Shown here in pieces: positions 26,230-32,000 of a stretch of DNA of 32,000 nt. Source of the stretch: Xanthomonas campestris pv. campestris str. ATCC 33913 (lineage in GTDB: Bacteria > Pseudomonadota > Gammaproteobacteria > Xanthomonadales > Xanthomonadaceae); NCBI RefSeq assembly GCF_000007145.1, contig NC_003902.1, forward strand, positions 4,973,426 to 5,005,425, in the 5' to 3' direction. Position 1 is the first letter of the stretch. Every line of letters starts with the position of its first letter. Below the pieces are notes generated by a model that was not told the DNA's origin, searched no databases, and saw only the letters and a program-made list of their open reading frames with translations. The translations under genes and the position numbers were made by a program.

Positions 26230-27249
26230 ATGCGAACCATCTGTGTTTTCAACAACAAGGGCGGAGTGGGGAAGACAACGCTTTTGTGTAACCTCGCAGC
26301 TTATTTCTCAATCAAGCGAGGCAAAAAAGTTCTAGTTGTTGATGCGGACCCTCAGTGTAATGCGACTGCATACATGATTAAGGAAAAGGTCTTAGACAAG
26401 CTTTACGCATCCTCCTCCTCCGATAGCGCGACAATAAATTCGCTTATAGCCAGCCTTAAGAAGTCGAAGGGCTACGGCATACCACCGGTTCTACGAAGCG
26501 ATGGTTTTAACGTAGACATAGTTCCCGGCGACCCTAAGTTTTCTCTAGCGGAAGATTTTCTAGCAAAGGACTGGCTTGACGCAATTGCTGGAGATGAACG
26601 GGGACTTAGAACTACCTTTTTCTTCAGAAACCTTATTTCATGGGCAAGATCAGACGGATACGATTTGGTTTTTTTCGACATGGGTCCTTCGTTGGGAGCG
26701 ATCAATAGAACGGTTCTTTTATCAAGCGACCACTTCATCCTCCCCATGTCATCTGACATCTTTAGCCTGAGAGGTCTTCAAAATATTGAAGTAGCTCTAA
26801 AAAACTGGACCAAGGGGATAGAAAGAGGACTGGTAAGCTTCAAAGAGGATCAGGGGACGTCTTTCAAAGTGGAGTCTGGCGATGCGCTGAGCGAACTTGG
26901 AGTAAGCTTTTTAGGCTACGTAACTCAGCAGTACACTGCGAAAACTGTCGATGGAAAGAAACAGCCGGTTTCAGCATATGAAAAAATAATTAAGAAAATA
27001 GATCCACTTGTTAGCAAACACCTGATATTACCTCTTAACAAAGGTCAGAAGCTAAATTACAAACTCGGAGAAATTCCTTACTTTCAAAGCCTAGTCCCTA
27101 TGGCACAAACTGCGACCGTGCCGATATTTGCGCTCAAGAAAGCAGATGGGGTGGTCGGAGCTCATTTCGACAAAGTGAGGCAGTTTGACAGCGTAATATC
27201 CGGAATAGTTGACAAAATCGAGGCCAACATGAATTCCAAAGGAAATTGA
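26230..27249 (+). CDS. ParA/MinD-superfamily P-loop ATPase (deviant Walker A), 339 aa with extended C-terminal half
   Basis: Deviant Walker A (ICVFNNKGGVGKTT), A' motif (VLVVDADPQCNAT) and Walker B (LVFFDMGPS). Low GC. The stop lies 1 nt before the SIR2-like start. Confidence 0.85.
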   Translation: MRTICVFNNKGGVGKTTLLCNLAAYFSIKRGKKVLVVDADPQCNATAYMIKEKVLDKLYASSSSDSATINSLIASLKKSKGYGIPPVLRSDGFNVDIVPGDPKFSLAEDFLAKDWLDAIAGDERGLRTTFFFRNLISWARSDGYDLVFFDMGPSLGAINRTVLLSSDHFILPMSSDIFSLRGLQNIEVALKNWTKGIERGLVSFKEDQGTSFKVESGDALSELGVSFLGYVTQQYTAKTVDGKKQPVSAYEKIIKKIDPLVSKHLILPLNKGQKLNYKLGEIPYFQSLVPMAQTATVPIFALKKADGVVGAHFDKVRQFDSVISGIVDKIEANMNSKGN

Positions 27250-27250
27250 T

Positions 27251-27898
27251 GTGAAAGTGATAGATTGGCCAAGGGATTTGGTTGAGGAGATATCACTTCG
27301 TCGGGTAGTAATTTTTTTTGGATCAGGGGTATCTGCCAATTCCCTTGGAACCGATAATAAAACTCGCCCTCCTACTTGGAAATTTTTCTTAGAAAAAGCA
27401 ATAAAGAAAATTCCCAAAAGGCTGCAACCTAGCCTAAAGGAGCTTGTTCAACAGAGCAATCTTCTATTAGCTTGCGATGTGATTCGCGAAGAGATGGGAA
27501 GGGATAAATTTAAACAGTTGCTACGCGAAAGCTTCCACGACCCAGGGTTTTCTGCGTCAGAAGTACACAAGCACCTTCTTCAGCTAGACGCTAGATTTAC
27601 AATTACTCCAAATTTTGACGCAATTTATGATACTTATGTAAAAAAAGAAACTGGAAACACTATTCTAGTTAAAGAATATTACGATGACGACGTTGCAGAA
27701 GCTTTAAGGTCCAAATATCCTGTGGTTGTAAAGCTACACGGAAGCATAACTACCCCAGATAAGCTTATTTTTACGGCAAGCGATTATGCAAAGGCTCGCT
27801 CTCAGTCCAGCGCCGTCTATGATTTAGTTAGAGCGCTCCTTTGTACCCATACATTTCTTTTTTTAGGCTGCGGACTGGACGATCCTGACATTAGGCTA
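27251..27898 (+). pseudogene. SIR2-like (SIR2_2-type) protein gene, 5' part (216 codons), interrupted by IS
   Basis: GTG 27251 follows AGGA. Motifs: VVIFFGSGVS (NAD-binding GxG), ITPNFD (Asn motif), VVKLHGS (His motif), LIFTASDY and FLFLGCGLDDPDIRL. The 631-aa track ORF is read-through into the IS. Confidence 0.8.
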
Positions 27899-29404
27899 GT
27901 CGCCCCTGAAAAACCCCCTTCAAGCACCAAGTGTCATCGGCGACAGCGGCACGGCGCTAAAGGATGGCCATCCCATCGCCCGCATCCAGGCACGCAAAAA
28001 CGCGATCCAGCGCAGCAGCCAGCGCAGGTTGTAGCCGGCGGCGCAGCCGAGTACGTGCAGCGCATCGCCTTGTGCACCTTTCAGCCTGCAGCGACGCAAC
28101 CTGCAGTCGTCTTTCAGATGTCCGATCACCGGTTCCACCGCCTGCCGTCGTTTGATCCAGCGCCATTGCCGTCGCGTCAGCGTCTTGGCCTTGCCACGAT
28201 GGAGCACCTGCACGCCATCGACCTCGCGCCCGCGATAGCCCAGGTCCACGATCGCCACCGTCGGTTCTACGCTCAGATCCTGCAGCAACCCGCGTGTCTG
28301 CTCCAGCTGCTCGGCCAAGGTGTCGCCGTCGTACGGGTTGCCCGGGAAGCTACGCGCACCCACGACCAATCCCTTGCAGGCGGTGACCGCAATGCCGACC
28401 TTGACGCCGAATTCGTACGCTTGACGCGCCTTGCCCTTACCGATGCATTCCACTTCCGGGGCATGCAATGCGTACAGTTTTTGTTTGTCCTTCGGACGCT
28501 GCGTGTACAGCCGTTGCGCACGTTCCAGCCAGACCGCGATGCGCTCGCGCACGCCGGGTTCCACCTGGTCCAGCTTGCGCGCGATATCGCGCAACACCCG
28601 CCCCAAGACCGTGCGTTGACGTCGCAGCACGCGCTGCATGCGCTTGAACTGGCGTGCATGCGCATAGCGGCCCGCCTTGCGGCTCAGGGCCGGACCTTGC
28701 CGTGCGTAGCTCTGCCGCAACCCGATGCCGTAACGCTTGGCCAGCAGCACCAGTTTCTTGCGTGCCACCTCCAGCAACCGACTATCGGTCGGATAGGCAA
28801 TCGCCTTTTCCTGCACCGTGGTGTCCACGATCACCCGCGACAACTCGCGTGCGTCCACCGCCTGCATGGCATGTGCAGCGTTGATGGTGTGTGCCAGCAA
28901 CTCTTCCATCCCCGCTTCGTCAAGCCGCTGACGCCAGCGCGTCAGCGAGCTGGCATCGCACGGCAAGCGCGTCTGGAACACGACCTCGCCAGTGAAAAAC
29001 TGCCAATACGGATTTTCCAGCCAACGCTCGCACACCGCCTCATCGGACAGGTCGTAGGCGTGTTTGAGGTAGAGCAAACCGGCGATCAGCCGCACCGGCA
29101 ATGCCGGCCGACCGCCACCAGCCTGGGTGGCCGGCAAGCGCGATGAAAGTGCTTGCTCCAACGCCGTCCACGGCATCCGTTGGCTCAGCTGCGCCAGCGG
29201 ATGCCGCAGATCGATCTGGTTCTCCAGGCGCGAACGAAACAACTCCTCGGCAGGCATGTGCTCGGCAGCAGGACGGCGTGTATGCATGAGTGGAAATTGC
29301 CAGAAACCAGCCTTCAGCGTAGCGAAAACTGGTAGTTCTGGCACGCCACTGCAGACATCAAGGCCTTGCGGGCGTTGGGTGATTGGGGGTTTTTCAGGGG
29401 CGAC
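27899..29404 (-). mobile_element. Intact 1506-bp IS (IS5/IS1182-type transposase) inserted in the SIR2-like gene
   Basis: Perfect 20-bp terminal inverted repeats GTCGCCCCTGAAAAACCCCC (27899-27918 and the complement of 29385-29404). Flanking 7-bp direct repeat TAGGCTA (27892-27898 and 29405-29411). High GC inside a low-GC host gene. Confidence 0.9.
27920..29287 (-). CDS. IS5/IS1182-type DDE transposase (InsH N-terminal DUF772-like + DDE domain)
   Basis: ORF 27920..29344 (GTG), with the first ATG at 29287. Motifs: LFRSRLENQIDLRHPL, GRPALPVRLIAGLLYLKHAYDLSDEAVCERWLENPYWQFFTG, IVDTTVQEKAIAYPTD. Confidence 0.85.
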   Translation of the reverse strand: MHTRRPAAEHMPAEELFRSRLENQIDLRHPLAQLSQRMPWTALEQALSSRLPATQAGGGRPALPVRLIAGLLYLKHAYDLSDEAVCERWLENPYWQFFTGEVVFQTRLPCDASSLTRWRQRLDEAGMEELLAHTINAAHAMQAVDARELSRVIVDTTVQEKAIAYPTDSRLLEVARKKLVLLAKRYGIGLRQSYARQGPALSRKAGRYAHARQFKRMQRVLRRQRTVLGRVLRDIARKLDQVEPGVRERIAVWLERAQRLYTQRPKDKQKLYALHAPEVECIGKGKARQAYEFGVKVGIAVTACKGLVVGARSFPGNPYDGDTLAEQLEQTRGLLQDLSVEPTVAIVDLGYRGREVDGVQVLHRGKAKTLTRRQWRWIKRRQAVEPVIGHLKDDCRLRRCRLKGAQGDALHVLGCAAGYNLRWLLRWIAFLRAWMRAMGWPSFSAVPLSPMTLGA

Positions 29405-29411
29405 TAGGCTA

Positions 29412-29621
29412 CTTCTCGAAGACTATCGATATAAGCACGCCATTGGTGGGAGTCATTACTTCATGATTAGCAAAGGATCCCTGCACCCTGATGTTTTAAA
29501 GGTAGTTGGATCAAGCTTGAATTTAAATTTTATTCAGTACGAGAACAGCGCGGGTGATCATAAAAACTTCGGTGTTGCGTTGAATGATTTGGTCACTAAG
29601 GTGAATCTGGCAAGAAATTAA
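29412..29621 (+). pseudogene. SIR2-like protein gene, 3' part (69 codons + stop)
   Basis: After deleting the IS and one TAGGCTA copy, codon CTA (27896-27898) joins CTT (29412-29414) in frame. This gives ...DDPDIRL|LLEDYRYKHAIGGSHYFMISKGSLHPDVLKVVGSSLNLNFIQYENSAGDHKNFGVALNDLVTKVNLARN*. Low GC like the 5' part. Confidence 0.7.
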
Positions 29622-29877
29622 GACGTTGTGGGCTTGGTCAACTTTTTGACTGCGTGAGCGACTCTTGTTATTCGAGTCCGCGTCGCAAAGAAACCTTGAC
29701 CTCCCAGACATCCCCCACCCGCCATCCTCAGCGCAGCCTCAACTGGAGAACACACGATAATGAAGTAGATGGGCACCGCGCTGGCCGCCGCACTGCTGGT
29801 GAGCGATTGCTCCAAGGTGGCGGTCGAGAAGCTCGTCGGCCACTGATTGGAAGCTGCCAAAGAGAATCTTCAGCTGC

Positions 29878-31227
29878 TCAGACCATTCGATGTTGGGGCG
29901 CACTCAGTTGTTGTTGATCCTGCTGCTGGCTTTGCTGCTGGGCCTGTTGCTGCCGCTGCGTTTCGCTCAGCGTCTGCAGCTGCGAAAGAGATTGCTCTAC
30001 AGGCTGAGCGATAGCATCGCTCGTCTTCATGTGCGCCATCAGATGAGCGGGGTTATCCAATGCGCCCTGGACCACAAACACGTTCTCGCCCTTCCCCACG
30101 GCAGCTGTTTGATTGCTCAACACTACATGGTCGATCTGCGTTAGTCCGTTCGCTTTGGCCAAGTGGGCGCTGCTGGCCGCCAGCCGGGCACTATTGTCGT
30201 CATAGTCGCGGCCAAGGCTCTGCTCCAGGCGGCGCACGTCCTCTTCGGCCTGACGATGTAGTGGGTCTTGCGAGGGCACGGCGCCCTGGAGATTGCGATA
30301 GGTTGGCGTGGCGTTGTGATCTTCCCGATTCAGCTCGGGCGGGAAGGTACGCGGAGCAATCTGCTGCAATGTCGCGGGGTCGATGTCACCTGTTTGAGAG
30401 AGGCCGTGCGCCTGCTGGTAGTTGATCACTGCTGCCTGCATCGACAGGCGGTAGACACCATCCTCCTGAAGTGGCTGATTGTCTGCGCCGCGATAGCCTT
30501 CCGCATTCAAGGTTTGCTGCACCTTTTGAACCATCTCGGACGATCCACCGATGCGGATTGTTCCGTCATCCACGAACGGCCTGGGTTCAATGCCACGATC
30601 GCGCCTTTCTGCATCGATGGACAGGCGACCGCTGACCAGATCGCCTACATAGTTCTCGTAGTGTTGGTAGTAGCGACTGTCCACCTCCATATGCACGTGA
30701 ATTGCTCCTGTTGCCTGCTTGCCTTGCACGCCTAACGCCTGGCCGTACTCGACCTGATCGCCAGCCTTTACGTGGAGTGGCGACATATGCCGGACACGGA
30801 GGATGACATCACCACCTTCCCGATCCAGCACATCTACCAACCCCTTTGACGTATTGACCGTACCAACAACGCCGGCAACGGGCGACGGAACATCCAGCGA
30901 CCTTGAAGAAGGCCCAGAAGGCAACCTGGAATCCTCAAGCATGAAGTCCTTCTTCAACAATACCTGATCAGGACGAAGGCCATAGTCCTTACCTGCCTTG
31001 GAGACTTCGATCTCCTGGATTTCGCCACCAACCACTCCCAGCGTCCGACCTGCTTGACCGCCCACGACTTTGCCGTCGACCAGATGAGCATCACTGTTGC
31101 TTTTGGGATGGTGCGTAACTAACTCGTCGAAGTTTCCGACAGCCTCGTTGCGCTCACCTTTTTCCGCATCCCACTCAAGTTGAATGACGCGATAGGGGGT
31201 CTGCTGTTTAACATCCTGTGCTGCCAT
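29878..31227 (-). CDS. Xanthomonas T4SS-type antibacterial effector (X-Tfe-like): M23 peptidase + PG_binding_1 + C-terminal XVIPCD with Gln-rich tail
   Basis: AAGGAG lies 7 nt before ATG 31227. M23 core RVRHMSPLHVKAGDQVEYGQALGVQGKQATGAIHVHMEVD. PG-binding repeat VQQTLNAEGYRGADNQPLQEDGVYRLSMQAAVINYQQAHGLSQTGDIDPATLQQI. XVIPCD-like LEQSLGRDYDDNSARLAASSAHLAKANGLTQIDHVVLSNQ...VFVVQGALDNPAHLMAHMKT...PVEQS followed by a QQQAQQQSQQQDQQQ tail. Confidence 0.8.
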   Translation of the reverse strand: MAAQDVKQQTPYRVIQLEWDAEKGERNEAVGNFDELVTHHPKSNSDAHLVDGKVVGGQAGRTLGVVGGEIQEIEVSKAGKDYGLRPDQVLLKKDFMLEDSRLPSGPSSRSLDVPSPVAGVVGTVNTSKGLVDVLDREGGDVILRVRHMSPLHVKAGDQVEYGQALGVQGKQATGAIHVHMEVDSRYYQHYENYVGDLVSGRLSIDAERRDRGIEPRPFVDDGTIRIGGSSEMVQKVQQTLNAEGYRGADNQPLQEDGVYRLSMQAAVINYQQAHGLSQTGDIDPATLQQIAPRTFPPELNREDHNATPTYRNLQGAVPSQDPLHRQAEEDVRRLEQSLGRDYDDNSARLAASSAHLAKANGLTQIDHVVLSNQTAAVGKGENVFVVQGALDNPAHLMAHMKTSDAIAQPVEQSLSQLQTLSETQRQQQAQQQSQQQDQQQLSAPQHRMV

Positions 31228-31241
31228 CTCCCAACTCCTTG

Positions 31242-31799
31242 TCAGTCCCTGAGATTAATCGCCCGTGTCAGGTACCAACAGCCCTGACGCTTCTCGAATA
31301 CGTATGTATCTACTTCGTATTCCATACCGAAATTTACTTTACGACCTTCGTTAGCCGTCAGCTCTACGGAGACATGAGAGCCAACCTCACTTTTTGGCTC
31401 AGGCTTGCTTCTTCCTGCGGCTAGTTGATCGAATACTTTCGCATCCTTGAAGTACCGGTAGGGGAATAATTCAAGGCGAGAGGGGCCGGTTCGCTTGGAG
31501 ATATGCGTATCTGGTGATGACTCAGTTTCTTCTTCAACCGTATGAGTCGGAACCTCGTACTCCAACGGGTCGTTAGTGAAACGGCGACGTGCGTCGTCAT
31601 TGGCAACATCGGCATATCGCTGAAGAAACGTGTTGAAATCCTTCGAGGGACAAGCGACCGGAGCTTGCTCCTTGTGCTGACTCGGATGCTCGCGCTGCGA
31701 CGCAACTGCCTGCGCAGGCGAAGTACATCCCGCCGTCGAGACACAAATCACTGCAGCAAAGGCGAGATATGGATTCAGGTGATAGGCGCCCATACTCAT
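31242..31799 (-). CDS. Lipoprotein, candidate cognate immunity protein (X-Tfi-like) of the downstream effector
   Basis: AAGGAG lies 5 nt before ATG 31799. Lipobox STAGC in MSMGAYHLNPYLAFAAVICVSTAGC. It sits 14 nt upstream of the effector on the same strand. Confidence 0.65.
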   Translation of the reverse strand: MSMGAYHLNPYLAFAAVICVSTAGCTSPAQAVASQREHPSQHKEQAPVACPSKDFNTFLQRYADVANDDARRRFTNDPLEYEVPTHTVEEETESSPDTHISKRTGPSRLELFPYRYFKDAKVFDQLAAGRSKPEPKSEVGSHVSVELTANEGRKVNFGMEYEVDTYVFEKRQGCWYLTRAINLRD

Positions 31800-32000
31800 T
31801 ATTTCTCCTTACTTCATGGCGGAGGCATCTGAAAGCCCCCCTTGGCGGGGCCGCAAGACGACCTCAGCTTACCCATAGCTCAAGCTGTTTGGTGATCTTC
31901 CAGCCTTTTTCTGTGCGCGCAAGGAAGTAGCGGGTAACGCGGTGAGGTTGTGTTTTTTCAGGGTATGAGGGGCGCTCATATTCGGCCTACCATTGTGCGG

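Noticed and set aside
26230-27249. Considered annotating the ParA-like gene as a plasmid or chromosome partition ATPase.
   Set aside because: No ParB-like gene, parS or centromere-type iterated repeats are adjacent. The gene is translationally coupled to a SIR2-like gene instead. The partition role is kept only as the alternative hypothesis to be tested.
27251-29146. The 631-aa ORF from the track starting at the SIR2-like gene.
   Set aside because: Only the first 216 codons are genuine. Beyond 27898 the frame reads through the antisense strand of the inserted IS (high-GC, Arg/Gln/His-rich nonsense).
29671-29679. tRNA-like T-loop motif TTCGAGTCC at the right border of the low-GC cassette (a possible tRNA 3' fragment or att site).
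   Set aside because: The flanking bases cannot form a T-stem (TGTTA vs CCGCG). No acceptor/CCA context or cloverleaf could be built.
29786-29866. Short ORF MGTALAAALLVSDCSKVAVEKLVGH* between the SIR2-like gene and the T4SS effector.
   Set aside because: It is only 25 codons, with no RBS or recognisable family. It is possibly a fragment of something else but is unsupportable.
31869-32000. Minus-strand reading frames at the window edge: ...RVTRYFLARTEKGWKITKQLELWVS* (stop at 31864-31866), which looks protein-like, and a 36-aa MSAPHTLKKH... ORF (stop at 31869-31871).
   Set aside because: The protein-like frame has an in-frame TAG 40 codons upstream of its stop and no start codon after it. The 36-aa ORF has no RBS or recognisable features. 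The window ends here, so nothing can be supported.

Overview
High-GC, Xanthomonas-type chromosomal DNA (42/60 G+C in line 541-600). The assignment rests on a XopL-like type III effector with a perfect PIP box and on a T4SS effector with an XVIPCD tail. The left ~17 kb is ordinary: a four-gene FUSC-type efflux operon with overlapping start/stop codons, a KgtP-like MFS permease, a YdeI-like protein, a divergent LysR regulator and SDR oxidoreductase, a two-HKD cardiolipin synthase, a secreted esterase, and toxin-antitoxin debris (a ParDE-like pair whose toxin continues in frame into a membrane/proline-rich protein, a VapC 3' remnant, and an orphan DUF2384 antitoxin beside a ~166-bp tandem repeat). 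From ~17.9 kb onward the window is an IS-riddled accessory mosaic. It holds a lipoprotein gene followed by a gene decapitated by nested IS5 remnants, xopL, an internally deleted IS481 remnant, a small XRE module, a RluA-family synthase, and a membrane-anchored Mrr-type nuclease whose zinc-ribbon 3' end is tandemly duplicated and split by an IS10-like element with a 9-bp TSD. Next comes an abrupt low-GC cassette (23/60 G+C in line 26281-26340), then an M23/PG-binding/XVIPCD effector with an upstream lipoprotein immunity candidate. The best candidate for an undescribed system is the low-GC cassette. It encodes a ParA/MinD-type deviant Walker-A ATPase translationally coupled to a SIR2_2-type protein with intact NAD-binding and catalytic-type motifs. 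Here the SIR2 gene is interrupted by a 1506-bp IS whose removal restores a 285-aa ORF. I know of no named defence system with this gene pair, but that needs a database check. No rRNA, tRNA or CRISPR array was seen.
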